Positions 7,641-17,602 are shown, counted from the first letter of the stretch. The stretch is DNA of 64,000 bases from Burkholderiales bacterium (GCA_038205245.1 JBBRCD010000007.1:2037-66036), one strand, 5' to 3'. Notes: a model not told the origin generated them from the sequence alone. A program made the numbers and translations.

Positions 7641-10523
7641 TTGAACCTGATCGCCATCGCCTTGCTGCCGTTCCTGCTGGCCGGGCTGCCGCTGCTTGCG
7701 CGCGAGGCCGATCGGGGGCGTGCAGCGCTGCTGGCAGCGGTGGCACCCGCCCTGTCGCTCGCGCTGCTGCTGTGGGTGTCGCCGACCATCCTGGCCGGCG
7801 CGGTGCTGCAGGCCGGTGGGGCCTGGCTGCCGGCAGTCGGGTTGAACCTCACCTTCATGCTCGACGGATTCGGCTTTTTGTTCGCGCTGCTGATCCTCGC
7901 CATCGGCCTGCTGGTGATCCTGTATGCGCACTATTACCTTTCGCCGCAGGATTCAGCGCGCCGCTTCTTCTGCCTGCTGCTGCTGTTCATGGGCTCCATG
8001 CTCGGCGTGGTGCTGTCCGACAACCTGCTGTTGCTGGTGGTGTTCTGGGAGTGCACCAGTCTCACCTCGTTCCTGCTGATCGGCTTCTGGCGCGAGCGCA
8101 GCGATGCCCGGCAGGGGGCGCGCATGGCGCTCGCGGTGACCGGCGCTGGCGGGCTTGCGCTGCTTGCCGGGGTATTGCTGATCGGCCATATCACCGGCAG
8201 CTACGAGCTGTCCGTGGTGCTCGGGCAGCGCGAGACACTGCAGGGGCATGCGCTATTCCCGCTGGTGCTCGGCCTGGTGCTGCTGGGAGCGTTCACCAAG
8301 AGCGCGCAGTTCCCGTTCCACTTCTGGCTGCCGCACGCGATGGCCGCGCCCACACCGGTATCGGCCTACCTGCATTCGGCGACCATGGTGAAGGCCGGGG
8401 TGTTCCTGCTTGCCCGCCTGTATCCCCTGCTCGGCGACAACGACCTGTGGTTCTTCACGGTGAGCGGCGTCGGGTTGCTTACGCTCACCTTCGCCGCCTG
8501 GGTGGCGCTATTCCAGCAGGACCTGAAGGGGCTGCTGGCCTACTCTACGATCAGCCATCTAGGTTTGATCACATTGCTATTCGGCCTGGATACGCCGCTG
8601 GCGGTGGTCGCCGGTGTCTTCCACATCATCAATCACGCCACGTTCAAGGCATCGCTGTTCATGGCGGCTGGAATAATCGATCACGAAACTGGCTCACGCG
8701 ACCTGCGGCAGTTGAACGGCCTCGCCCGCTTCATGCCGGTGACCGCCACACTGGTGGCGGTCGCGGCAGCAGCCATGGCTGGGGTGCCGTTGCTGAATGG
8801 CTTCCTGTCCAAGGAGATGTTGCTTACCAAGACCGCCGCTCTGAATACCGGCACCCTTTTCGACTGGACCGTACCGGCGCTGGCCACGCTCGCCGGCGCG
8901 TTCGCTGTCGCCTATTCCCTGCGGCTGGTCCATGACGTGTTCTTCAACGGTGCGCCGGTCGGTCTCGCCAGGACGCCGCATGAACCCCCGCGCTGGATGC
9001 GCGTTCCAGTCGAGCTTTTGGTGCTGCTGTGCGTGCTGGTGGGCGTGATGCCGAATCTGATCGTCGGGCCGCTGCTCCACGCGGCTGTCTCCGGAGTGCT
9101 CTTGGGTAACGTGCCCGAGTACAGCATCAAGCTCTGGCACGGCTTCAACCTGCCGCTTGCGCTCAGCGCGATCGCCCTGCTGGGCGGAACGGCGATCTAC
9201 TTCTTTCTTCAGCGCGGATACGACCTGCATCGCCATCGTGAAACCGGGGTGGATGCCAAGGTGTTGTTCGACACTGCGCTTGGTTGGGTATTCGCCGCGG
9301 CCCGGTTGTTGATGCGATTGCTGCAGAACGGATCCCTGCAGCGCTATCTTGCAGTGCTGATGGCACTGACCCTTGTCGCCGGCTGGTGGCCGTTCTCCGA
9401 TGGTCAGTACAGCCTGGGCGATGAGCAGTTCCTCCCCACCAGTGCGGCTGCGGTCCTGCTCTGGATCGTCGCGATGGCGACGATCGTGGCAACTGTCGTG
9501 TTGCATCGACAGCGGCTGTTTGCCCTGATCGCTTTGGGCGCAGTCGGCCTCATGGTGAGCCTCACCTTCGTCCTGTTCTCCGCCCCTGATCTTGCACTTA
9601 CTCAGTTTTCGGTCGAGGTGGTCACTGTGCTTCTGCTGATGCTTGGTCTGCACTACCTGCCCAAGACCACACCGGCCGAGACGTCGCGCCTGCGTGTCGG
9701 CCGCGATGCGGCGCTCGCCCTGGCGGCCGGTGCCGGGGTCACGCTGCTCGCTTTCGCGGCGCTGACCCGGCCGCTCGCGAGCATCTCGACCTATTTCCTG
9801 GACTACGCCGTGCCCAAGGGTGGTGGTGCGAACACTGTCAACGTGATCCTCGTCGACTTTCGTGCATACGACACGCTTGGCGAGATCCTGGTCCTCGCCG
9901 TCGCCGGGCTGGTGATCCAGGCGCTGCTTTCCGGGTTCGTCGCACCGCGGCTGCCGCGGCAGCAGACGGCGATCTCGCTGGATCCTCACCCCCTGATGCT
10001 GCGCCTCCTGGCAAGCTTCATGCTGCCATCCATGCTGGGAATCGCGGTCTATCTGTTCCTGCGCGGGCACAATGAACCCGGCGGCGGCTTCGTGGCCGGG
10101 CTGGTCACCGCGATCGCGCTTCTCGTGCAGTACATGGCCTTCGGCCAGCACTGGGTGATTACGAAACTGCTCACCCAACCGCGCACCCAACCGCGCGAGA
10201 ATCGCGGCGGCGCGCCGGGCGGCGATACACCCGACGATGACAGGTTTGGTCTTTGGGTCGCTACGGGTATGTTCATTGCCGGGCTCACCGGCCTTGGCGC
10301 GATGGCGATCGGTTACCCTTTCCTCACCAGCGCCTACGCCTATTTCCACCTGCCACTGCTGGGCAAGTTGCCGCTCGCCTCTGCCATGTTCTTCGACCTG
10401 GGCGTATTCCTGACCGTTGTGGGCAGCACGATGCTGATGCTCGGATCGCTCGGGCGTATCGGCAACCCAGCGCCTCATGCGAACCCCGCGGCTGCTGCGC
10501 GCACCAGCGGGACAACCGGCTGA
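7641..10523 (+). CDS. mrpA: Mrp/Mnh/Pha-type monovalent cation:proton antiporter subunit A (fused A/B)
   Basis: 960 aa polytopic protein with a NuoL-like N-terminal domain and a MrpB-like C-terminal part. TTG start. First gene of an overlapping six-gene set. Confidence 0.9.
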   Translation: MNLIAIALLPFLLAGLPLLAREADRGRAALLAAVAPALSLALLLWVSPTILAGAVLQAGGAWLPAVGLNLTFMLDGFGFLFALLILAIGLLVILYAHYYLSPQDSARRFFCLLLLFMGSMLGVVLSDNLLLLVVFWECTSLTSFLLIGFWRERSDARQGARMALAVTGAGGLALLAGVLLIGHITGSYELSVVLGQRETLQGHALFPLVLGLVLLGAFTKSAQFPFHFWLPHAMAAPTPVSAYLHSATMVKAGVFLLARLYPLLGDNDLWFFTVSGVGLLTLTFAAWVALFQQDLKGLLAYSTISHLGLITLLFGLDTPLAVVAGVFHIINHATFKASLFMAAGIIDHETGSRDLRQLNGLARFMPVTATLVAVAAAAMAGVPLLNGFLSKEMLLTKTAALNTGTLFDWTVPALATLAGAFAVAYSLRLVHDVFFNGAPVGLARTPHEPPRWMRVPVELLVLLCVLVGVMPNLIVGPLLHAAVSGVLLGNVPEYSIKLWHGFNLPLALSAIALLGGTAIYFFLQRGYDLHRHRETGVDAKVLFDTALGWVFAAARLLMRLLQNGSLQRYLAVLMALTLVAGWWPFSDGQYSLGDEQFLPTSAAAVLLWIVAMATIVATVVLHRQRLFALIALGAVGLMVSLTFVLFSAPDLALTQFSVEVVTVLLLMLGLHYLPKTTPAETSRLRVGRDAALALAAGAGVTLLAFAALTRPLASISTYFLDYAVPKGGGANTVNVILVDFRAYDTLGEILVLAVAGLVIQALLSGFVAPRLPRQQTAISLDPHPLMLRLLASFMLPSMLGIAVYLFLRGHNEPGGGFVAGLVTAIALLVQYMAFGQHWVITKLLTQPRTQPRENRGGAPGGDTPDDDRFGLWVATGMFIAGLTGLGAMAIGYPFLTSAYAYFHLPLLGKLPLASAMFFDLGVFLTVVGSTMLMLGSLGRIGNPAPHANPAAAARTSGTTG

Positions 10524-10900
10524 TGGAACTGCTCGTTGCCAGCGGCATCGGAGCGCTGACCGCGGCGGGCGTCTATCTGCTGCTGCGGGCCCATACCTTC
10601 CCAATGATCCTCGGGCTCACACTGATGTCGTATTCAGTGAATCTGTTCCTCTTCGCCATGGGCAGGCTTGCGATCAGCGCGCCACCGCTGATAAGCGACG
10701 GCGCCGAGCGCTATGCCGACCCGCTGCCGCAGGCGCTGGTGTTGACCGCGATCGTGATCAGCTTCGGCATGACCGCGCTGGTGGTCGCGCTTTCGGTACG
10801 GCTGCGTTTCGACTCCGGATCGGATCATGTCGATTGCACCGAGCCGCTTCCTGTGGTGCCGGATGCGCCGCTTTCACCCGAATCGGCAGAGCGGCAGTGA
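10523..10900 (+). CDS. mrpC: Mrp antiporter subunit C
   Basis: 125 aa, NuoK-like, three TM segments. ATG overlaps the mrpA stop by 1 nt (TGATG). Lies inside the longer ORF 10253..10900. Confidence 0.85.
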   Translation: MELLVASGIGALTAAGVYLLLRAHTFPMILGLTLMSYSVNLFLFAMGRLAISAPPLISDGAERYADPLPQALVLTAIVISFGMTALVVALSVRLRFDSGSDHVDCTEPLPVVPDAPLSPESAERQ

Positions 10901-10905
10901 CCCCC

Positions 10906-12573
10906 ATGGTCGGCCACCTGGTCATCGCGCCGGTGCTGTTGCCGATGTTCGCTGCGGCACTGATCGTCGCCCTCGGCGACCAGCGCCGACCCTCTGCCTG
11001 CCGCGCTGTATCGCTTGCAAACTGCATGGCATTGGTGCTGGCGTCGATCTGGCTTCTGGTATGGGCGGTGTCGAACGAGCCTGCCGTCTATGTGCTCGGC
11101 AACTGGCAGGCACCCTACGGCATCGTGCTGGTACTGGACCGGCTGTCCGCGCTGATGGTTGCACTCACCTCACTGCTTTCGGTCGCCACCTGCTGGTACG
11201 CGCTGCGCGGATGGGACACTCGCGGGCGTCACTTCCATGCGTTGCTGCAACTGCAGCTGATGGGGCTGAACGGGGCGTTCCTGACCGGCGATCTTTTCAA
11301 CCTGTTCGTGTTCTTCGAACTGCTGCTGATTGCATCCTACGGACTGATGCTGCACGGCGGGGGCGTTGCCCGTCAGCGGGCGACGCTGCACTACATCGTC
11401 TACAACCTGGTGGCGTCCACGCTGTTCCTGTTCGCAGCGGGTCTGCTCTACGGGGTGACCGGCACCCTGAACATGGCGGACCTGTCGCTGCAGGTCGCTG
11501 CCGCGCCGATCGAAGACGCCACTCTGATCCGAAGCGCCGGCATGCTGTTGCTGGTGGTGTTCGCGATCAAGGCTGCGGTGCTGCCGCTTTGCTTCTGGCT
11601 GCAGGAGGGGTATCGCAGCGCTTCGCCGCCAGTGGCCTGCCTGTTTGCGGTGATGACCAAGGTCGGGTTGTACTCGATTCTCCGGGTATGCACGCTGATA
11701 TTCGGCAGCGACGCGGGCGCGGGCGCCGATCTGGCGGCGGCGTGGTTGCTTCCAGCCGGTATCGCCACCCTGGCCTTCGCTGCTGTGGGTGTCATTGCCA
11801 GTCGCAGCTTCGGCATGCTGGTGACCTATCTGGTCATAGCCTCGGCCGGCTCGATGCTTGTCGGGGTCGGCACGTTCTCGCAAGGCGGCATCGCCGCCGC
11901 ACTGTTCTACCTGGTGCACTCGACGCTTGTAGTGGCGTTACTCTTCCTGCTCGCCGGGGAGATCGCGCGCGAGCGCGGCGCCCTGGGCTCGGACCTGCTG
12001 CCCGGACCGGCGCTTGCCGCGCCGGTCCGGCTTGGTGTGGTATTCCTGTTCGCCGCGGTTGCAGCCTCAGGTCTGCCGCCGGTCAGTGGCTTCATCGCCA
12101 AGATCGGGATCCTGCAGGGCGTGCAGGACAGCCCATGGGCGTACAGCGCCTGGGTCGCGATCCTGGTCAGCAGCCTGCTGACGGTGATTGCGCTGGCGCG
12201 CGCCGGCAGCATGCTGTTCTGGCGTGCCGGTGCCGGTGCCGGTGCCGGTGCCGGTGCCAGTGCCAGCGTCGATGGCGTGCCGGCGACGGCGATGGTCCCG
12301 CTGGCCACGGTCCCGGCAGCCAGTTTCGGGCCGGTCTGGCTACTGGTCGTAGCCCTGATCGCGCTTACTGCCGGGGCGCGTCCGGTGCAGAGTTATCTGG
12401 ACGCGACCGGCATGCAGCTGATGTCTCCGGCCAACTACGTGGATGCCGTGATACGCCCGGTGCAGAGCGATGGGAACGAGGAGATCAATGTCGACGGCGA
12501 CCGGCTGCGTGCCGGCCAACCGCCAGCGGGAACAACCTCGGCGCAGCATTCTGCGTACCGGACTGCGCTGTGA
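10906..12573 (+). CDS. mrpD: Mrp antiporter subunit D
   Basis: NuoN/NuoM-like polytopic protein (MVGHLVIAPVLLPMFAAALIV...). Alternative GTG start at 10897 overlaps the mrpC stop. C-terminal tail contains Gly-Ala repeats. Confidence 0.88.
   Translation: MVGHLVIAPVLLPMFAAALIVALGDQRRPSACRAVSLANCMALVLASIWLLVWAVSNEPAVYVLGNWQAPYGIVLVLDRLSALMVALTSLLSVATCWYALRGWDTRGRHFHALLQLQLMGLNGAFLTGDLFNLFVFFELLLIASYGLMLHGGGVARQRATLHYIVYNLVASTLFLFAAGLLYGVTGTLNMADLSLQVAAAPIEDATLIRSAGMLLLVVFAIKAAVLPLCFWLQEGYRSASPPVACLFAVMTKVGLYSILRVCTLIFGSDAGAGADLAAAWLLPAGIATLAFAAVGVIASRSFGMLVTYLVIASAGSMLVGVGTFSQGGIAAALFYLVHSTLVVALLFLLAGEIARERGALGSDLLPGPALAAPVRLGVVFLFAAVAASGLPPVSGFIAKIGILQGVQDSPWAYSAWVAILVSSLLTVIALARAGSMLFWRAGAGAGAGAGASASVDGVPATAMVPLATVPAASFGPVWLLVVALIALTAGARPVQSYLDATGMQLMSPANYVDAVIRPVQSDGNEEINVDGDRLRAGQPPAGTTSAQHSAYRTAL
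12224..12265. repeat. 6-bp tandem repeat GTGCC(G/A) x7
   Basis: Read directly. Encodes AGAGAGAGASAS in the MrpD C-terminal tail. Confidence 0.95.
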
Positions 12574-13073
12574 GACGCCTGCTGCCTGCGCCCCTGATGT
12601 CAGCCGCGATCGCGCTGTTCTGGCTGATCCTCAACAATACGCTCGATCCGGCGCACCTTGTGCTCGCAGCGCTGCTGGCAGTGGGTTTGCCGCTGATCTA
12701 CGAGCGCCTGCTCGAACAGCGGCCACGCTTGCGTGCGCCAGGCACTGCGCTGCGCTTGATCGGCGTGGTGTTGTACGACGTGGTGAAGTCGAACTTCGAG
12801 GTCGCGCTGCTGATTCTCGGGCCTGCAGCACGTGTGCGCTCGCGCTTCGTCCATGTACCTTGCGAACTGGACGATCCCCACGCGGCTGCAATCCTGGCCG
12901 GAATCGTCACCATGACCCCCGGTACACTGTCGGTCGACCTTAGCCCCGACCTGCGAACCCTCACCATACACAGTCTGCACGCCCCTGATCCACAGCAGAT
13001 CGTGACGGCGATCAAGACCCGATATGAAAAACCCCTCGCGGAGATTTTCGGATGCTCGACAGCGCGCTCCTGA
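12570..13073 (+). CDS. mrpE: Mrp antiporter subunit E
   Basis: GTG overlaps the mrpD stop (GTGA). MnhE-like sequence (LFWLILNNTLDPAHLVLAALLAVGLP ... ILAGIVTMTPGTLSVD). ATG at 12597 is an alternative start. Confidence 0.85.
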   Translation: MRRLLPAPLMSAAIALFWLILNNTLDPAHLVLAALLAVGLPLIYERLLEQRPRLRAPGTALRLIGVVLYDVVKSNFEVALLILGPAARVRSRFVHVPCELDDPHAAAILAGIVTMTPGTLSVDLSPDLRTLTIHSLHAPDPQQIVTAIKTRYEKPLAEIFGCSTARS

Positions 13074-13321
13074 TCTGCGGCAGCTGCATCGTGGTCTCGA
13101 TGCTCCTGGTGCTGGTGCGGCTGCTGCGCGGGCCGACCCTGTCGGATCGCATCCTGGCGCTCGACACCCTCTACGTGAACGCGATCGCGCTGATCGTCGT
13201 GTTCGGGATTGCCCAGTCTGACCAGGTGCATTTTGAAGCTGCGCTGCTGATCGCCATGTTCGGATTCGTCGGTACCGTCGCTCTGGCGAAGTTCGCACTG
13301 CGCGGAGACATCATCGAATGA
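13052..13321 (+). CDS. mrpF: Mrp antiporter subunit F
   Basis: 89 aa, three TM segments, MnhF-like (LRGPTLSDRILALDTLYVN). Confidence 0.85.
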   Translation: MLDSALLICGSCIVVSMLLVLVRLLRGPTLSDRILALDTLYVNAIALIVVFGIAQSDQVHFEAALLIAMFGFVGTVALAKFALRGDIIE

Positions 13322-13328
13322 GTCTCCC

Positions 13329-13781
13329 ATGTTCTGCGCCGGAGGGCTGCGAATGAACGGGCCGGAGGTGGCCGCAGCGGCCGAGGCACTGGTCGCCGCC
13401 ATGCTGGTGGCTGGCGGCCTGTTCACGCTGGTCGGGTCGATCGGACTGCTGCGCCTGCGTGATGTGTTTCAGCGCATGCACGCGCCGACCAAGGCGACCA
13501 CGCTTGGCGTCGGCTGCATCCTGATCGCCGCTGCGGTCGCCAGTTCGATGGAACAGGGCGAACTCAGTCTGCACGAGTTTCTGATTGCCGCATTCCTGTT
13601 CGTCACCGCGCCGGTCTCAGCCTATCTGGTCGCGCGCGTCGCGCTGCACCAGGGGCTCGGTGACCGCACTGGGCTTGATCATCCTGGCGCTGACCTGGAG
13701 CCGACGCCAGCTTCAAGCACTGGCGCGCAAGGCGACCCTGAGAGCCCCCCGACTTCAGATCGCCAGACCCTGCTGCCGTAG
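13329..13781 (+). CDS. mrpG: Mrp antiporter subunit G
   Basis: 150 aa, MnhG-like (GSIGLLRLRDVFQRMHAPTKATTLG), with a hydrophilic C-terminal tail. The 3' end overlaps the convergent Lon-N gene by 27 nt. Confidence 0.85.
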   Translation: MFCAGGLRMNGPEVAAAAEALVAAMLVAGGLFTLVGSIGLLRLRDVFQRMHAPTKATTLGVGCILIAAAVASSMEQGELSLHEFLIAAFLFVTAPVSAYLVARVALHQGLGDRTGLDHPGADLEPTPASSTGAQGDPESPPTSDRQTLLP

Positions 13782-14336
13782 CAGTTTTGCCACCACGCCC
13801 ATCAGCAGGTCGTCGCTGTCCATTTCGAGCAGCCGCTGCCGGGCCGCCGACTCGAGCGGCAAGAACTCGGCCAGCCGGTAGGCCACCCAGCCCGCATCAT
13901 CGTAGCGTGCTGGCGATGGCAGTTTGTCCTCGCCGATCTTTTCAACGATCACCCTGAGCATGGCCACGCACCGATCGAATTCTGGCGGTGGCGGCGCTGA
14001 CGCTGCAGGCGGCAGCAGTTCGACCTCGCCGATCAACAGGCCGGAGCGGTCGGTCCGGCGCGCGCCCAACCGGAAGCGTTCTGTCCCTTCGGTGAGCAGC
14101 AGGAAAATCCCCAGCTGGGGCATATCCCACTCGCGCACCCGGGCGACGCACCCGATCTCGGAGGGCGCGGCGGGCGCCCCCACCTCGCTGCCTTCCCGGA
14201 TCAGGCACACACCGAACGGGCTCTCGTCGCGCAGGCACGCCTTGGTCATGTCCAGGTAGCGCTGCTCGAAGATCTTGAGTGGCAGTACGCCCCCCGGGAA
14301 CAGCACCGTACCGAGGGGAAAGATCGGCATTTCCAT
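13755..14336 (-). CDS. Lon protease N-terminal (LON substrate-binding) domain protein
   Basis: 193 aa starting MEMPIFPLGTVLFPGGVLPLKIFEQRYLDM, the signature opening of the Lon N-domain. No AAA+ or protease part. Confidence 0.85.
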   Translation of the reverse strand: MEMPIFPLGTVLFPGGVLPLKIFEQRYLDMTKACLRDESPFGVCLIREGSEVGAPAAPSEIGCVARVREWDMPQLGIFLLLTEGTERFRLGARRTDRSGLLIGEVELLPPAASAPPPPEFDRCVAMLRVIVEKIGEDKLPSPARYDDAGWVAYRLAEFLPLESAARQRLLEMDSDDLLMGVVAKLLRQQGLAI

Positions 14337-15223
14337 CAGAGACCCTGTTTGCCTGGCTGCCGTTGCACATCGCGTGGGGTGTCGCGCACGCCATCGCGCA
14401 CCGCGTCGCGCACTACGTCACGACCCGGGTCACGCGACTCGGCGCGCAGTCGCCCGAGTGACAACTCCAGCTCTTCTACCTCGCCGCGCAGCCGGTCGAG
14501 ATCCCGACGACGGTTGTCCAGTCTGTCCTGGGCGATTCGGATGCGTTCCTCGCTCATCCTGCGCTGCGCGATCATTGGACAAAGCGCCCGCGAGAGGGTA
14601 GCGCCGAGGGTATCGGGAACGATCGCGAGGGCCTCGGGCGTACTGTGGTTCACCCGATCGACCATCGCCCCCTCGACGGAGATGAATACCTGTGCGTGCA
14701 CTCGCAGAGTGTGCTCATCGCAGTTGATCTGTTCCCGGTACATGGCGCTGCGTATCTGAGAACCCATGAACTGTTGCGGCGTGACGAAGTTGACCCGGCG
14801 CCAGAATGTGATGTCGTTCGCCGAGAAGACCAGCTGCTCGCGGTCGTACCAGAGTTCGTCCCCACCCGGCGCGGACAGCCTCACCCACGCCGCGCCCATT
14901 GCGGCGGCGGCTACCGGCGCCTTGGGCGGCGCTACACCCGGTACTGCCGGGGTGAGCTGCGTGGGCGGGGTGAGCGGGGCGAGCTGTGTCGGCGGTGCGA
15001 GTTGCGTGGTCGGCGTGGTCGGCGTGGTCGGTGTGGGCGGTGTGAGCGGTGTGAGCTGCGTGGGCGGTGTGAGCTGCGCGGGCTGCGTGGTCGGGGCGGG
15101 CTGGCCGGAGGCGGGCACCGCACTGCAGGCGGCGAGCACCAGCGTGCAGATCGCCGTGACCGAGGCGCATCGCCAGCCAGGCACCGCAGGCGCGACTGCT
15201 GCAGCGAAATCGACCCGGATCAC
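14336..15223 (-). CDS. repeat-rich lipoprotein with a possible surface-adhesin-E-like core and a coiled-coil tail
   Basis: 295 aa. Lipobox LVLAAC. Pro/Thr tripeptide repeats. Central domain with two Cys (WVRLS...WYDREQLVF...INCDEHTLRV...LCP). C-terminal heptad-like region, then RD-rich repeats. ATGA overlaps at both ends (rapZ and the Lon-N gene). Confidence 0.6.
   Translation of the reverse strand: MIRVDFAAAVAPAVPGWRCASVTAICTLVLAACSAVPASGQPAPTTQPAQLTPPTQLTPLTPPTPTTPTTPTTQLAPPTQLAPLTPPTQLTPAVPGVAPPKAPVAAAAMGAAWVRLSAPGGDELWYDREQLVFSANDITFWRRVNFVTPQQFMGSQIRSAMYREQINCDEHTLRVHAQVFISVEGAMVDRVNHSTPEALAIVPDTLGATLSRALCPMIAQRRMSEERIRIAQDRLDNRRRDLDRLRGEVEELELSLGRLRAESRDPGRDVVRDAVRDGVRDTPRDVQRQPGKQGL
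14367..14438. repeat. degenerate 12-bp tandem repeat x6
   Basis: Core nn(A/G)TC(G/A)CG(C/T)... repeated. Encodes RDVVRDAVRDGVRDTPRD at the lipoprotein C-terminus. Confidence 0.75.
14951..15103. repeat. 9-bp periodic repeat, about 17 units
   Basis: Units such as CGTGGTCGG, TGTGAGCTG and CGTGGGCGG in strict 9-nt register. Encodes PTQ/LTP/TTP tripeptide repeats of the lipoprotein. Confidence 0.9.
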
Positions 15224-16068
15224 CGAGTCTCACCCGACAGGTCACGATGCCGCGTGAGCACCCTGAAGCTGTGGCGGAACGCTTGAGCCAGCTGCTCGAC
15301 CAGGTACACGGAGCGGTGGCGGCCGCCGGTGCAGCCGACCGCGACCGTGAGATAGCTGCGATTGTCGCGCACGTACGAGGGCAGCCAGTCGCCGACGAAC
15401 TGCAGGATATGCGTGCGCATTCGCATGACCTCGGGTTCAGCCTCCAGGAAGGTGATTACGTCCGGATCGCGGCCGGTCAGCGGACGCAGGCGGGGGTCGT
15501 AATGAGGATTGGGCAGGCAGCGCACATCGAACACCAGATCTGCGTCCCGGGGCAGCCCGTGCTTGAACGCGAACGACTCGAACAGCAAGGTGAGCTGTGA
15601 GCGATCCAGGCCGATGACATCGAGCACCCGCTGGCGAAGCGAGTTGGCAGACAGGCGCGAGGTGTCGATCCTGTGGCCGAGTTCGCCGACGGCTTCGAGC
15701 ATCTCGCGCTCGCGCATGATGCACTCTTCCAGGGTGTGCGATCCGTCGGACAACGGGTGCCGGCGCCGGGTCTCGGAGAAGCGCGTGACCAGCGTCTCGT
15801 CGTTGGCCTCGAGATAGAGGGTGCGAACGTCATGGCCCTCTGCGCGCAGCTTGGCGATCTCCGCCGGCAGCGATTCCAGCGTGTTGCCGCTGCGTACATC
15901 GATTCCTACCGCGACCCGCTGCTGGCCGTTCGCGCGCAGGTCGGCGATCAGCGGCGCGAGCACGCTCGCCGGCAGATTGTCCACGCAGTAGAGGCCATGA
16001 TCCTCCAGCACATGCAGTGCGACACTTTTGCCCGAGCCGGACAGGCCGGTGATCAGCGCTATCTGCAT
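15220..16068 (-). CDS. rapZ: RNase adapter protein RapZ
   Basis: 282 aa. MQIALITGLSGSGKSVALHVLEDHGLYCVDNLP (P-loop) and the C-terminal RCLPNPHY / GCTGGRHRSV motifs. Confidence 0.93.
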   Translation of the reverse strand: MQIALITGLSGSGKSVALHVLEDHGLYCVDNLPASVLAPLIADLRANGQQRVAVGIDVRSGNTLESLPAEIAKLRAEGHDVRTLYLEANDETLVTRFSETRRRHPLSDGSHTLEECIMREREMLEAVGELGHRIDTSRLSANSLRQRVLDVIGLDRSQLTLLFESFAFKHGLPRDADLVFDVRCLPNPHYDPRLRPLTGRDPDVITFLEAEPEVMRMRTHILQFVGDWLPSYVRDNRSYLTVAVGCTGGRHRSVYLVEQLAQAFRHSFRVLTRHRDLSGETR

Positions 16069-16096
16069 CGGTGTCCGACTCGGCCCGGATGCGGGC

Positions 16097-17047
16097 TCAC
16101 TCCGGGGACTCCGAGCCCGACATGTAGGCTTCCTGGCGGCGGGTGAACTCCAGGGTGCTGTCGATACCGCGCAGCTCGAGTACGAAGTTGCGCACCGCGG
16201 CCTCGGTCAGCACCGCCAGGTTACGCCCGGCAGCCACCGGCAGGATCACCTTGCGCACCGGCACACCGAGTACGCTCGCCTTTTCCGGCCGAAGCGGCAG
16301 GCGATCCAGCCCGGTCATCTGTTCTGCGCTGGCGCGCTGCAGTTCGACGATCAGCTTGAGGTTCTTCTTGATCCGTATTGCGGTCTCGCCGAAGATCGTG
16401 CGGATGTTGAGCATGCCCAGCCCGCGCACCTCGAGGAAGTCCTTGAGCAGCGGCGGGCAACGGCCTTCCACGATGTTGGGCGCGATCCGGAACACCTCGA
16501 CCACGTCGTCCGCGATCAGGCCATGACCGCGGCTGATCAGCTCCAGTGCAAGCTCGCTCTTGCCTACACCGCTGTGCCCGGTGATCATCACGCCCACGTC
16601 CAGAACATCGAGCAGCACGCCGTGCAGCTCGGTGAACTCGGCCAGCGCCCGCGCGAGATAGGGGCGCAGTATCCACATTACCTGGATGCTCGAAAGGGGC
16701 GTGGACAACACCGGTACCGGCTGGGCTTCGGCCAGGGCTGCGATGCATCCGGGCACCGGCTCGCCGTCTGAAACCACGACGCAGGCGAGATCACTTGCAC
16801 AAAGCAGATCGACCACGTGCTTGCGCGTCGTTTCGTCCAGGCTCGCCAGGTAGCGGACCTCGGTGGTCGACAACACCTGGATCCAGTTTGGATGGATCAC
16901 GTTGAGGTGCCCGATCAGACCCTGCGCAGAGCCGTTTATCCGCTCGCTGTCCAGAGCGCTGCCCGGCGCAGCCCGGCCCGCGCTCCACGCGAGCTTCAGC
17001 TTGTCGCGCGTTTCCTCAAACAGTTGCGCTGCGCTGACCCGTGGCAT
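16097..17047 (-). CDS. hprK: HPr kinase/phosphorylase
   Basis: 316 aa. GVMITGHSGVGKSELALELISRGHGLIADD Walker A region. Conserved position between ptsN and rapZ. Confidence 0.9.
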   Translation of the reverse strand: MPRVSAAQLFEETRDKLKLAWSAGRAAPGSALDSERINGSAQGLIGHLNVIHPNWIQVLSTTEVRYLASLDETTRKHVVDLLCASDLACVVVSDGEPVPGCIAALAEAQPVPVLSTPLSSIQVMWILRPYLARALAEFTELHGVLLDVLDVGVMITGHSGVGKSELALELISRGHGLIADDVVEVFRIAPNIVEGRCPPLLKDFLEVRGLGMLNIRTIFGETAIRIKKNLKLIVELQRASAEQMTGLDRLPLRPEKASVLGVPVRKVILPVAAGRNLAVLTEAAVRNFVLELRGIDSTLEFTRRQEAYMSGSESPE

Positions 17048-17513
17048 TGGGCGACCACTCGACGAATAGTTGATGAACCGCGGCAGCGGAGTCCAGGCTT
17101 GTCAGCTGGTCGCGGATGGCACGGTCGCTGAACAGCTGGGCGAGTTGGGCGAGGATATCGAGATGGAGGTCTGTGGCGCGCTCTGGCACCAGCAGCGCGA
17201 AGATCAGCGACACCGGCAGGCCATCCGGGGCGTCGAAGGGAATCGGGGCGCGGGTACGCACGAACACGGCGATCGCCTCGCGCAGGCCCTTGATCCGGCC
17301 ATGCGGTATCGCGACCCCCTGGCCAAGTCCAGTGGACCCGAGCCGTTCGCGGGCGAACAGGCTGTCGAACACCGTGCTGCGGGCGATGCTGTTCTGGTTC
17401 TCGACCAGCAGCCCGACCTGCTCAAAGACGCGTTTCTTGCTGCTCAGGTCTGCATCGACCAGCACGTTGGACGCGGGCAGCAAGGTTGCGATCAAGTTGT
17501 TTTCCGTTGCCAT
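17016..17513 (-). CDS. ptsN: PTS IIA-like nitrogen regulatory protein PtsN
   Basis: 165 aa. RERLGSTGLGQGVAIPHGR with the phosphorylatable His. Downstream of rpoN-hpf. Confidence 0.9.
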   Translation of the reverse strand: MATENNLIATLLPASNVLVDADLSSKKRVFEQVGLLVENQNSIARSTVFDSLFARERLGSTGLGQGVAIPHGRIKGLREAIAVFVRTRAPIPFDAPDGLPVSLIFALLVPERATDLHLDILAQLAQLFSDRAIRDQLTSLDSAAAVHQLFVEWSPNATGQRSATV

Positions 17514-17602
17514 GCGTCACCAGGAAATGTGTCGGGTGGATGGGCGAAGCGCTGGGGATTCCGGCCGACCGCGGTCGCCCGAAACCGGGTTGACTCCGTC
17601 GT

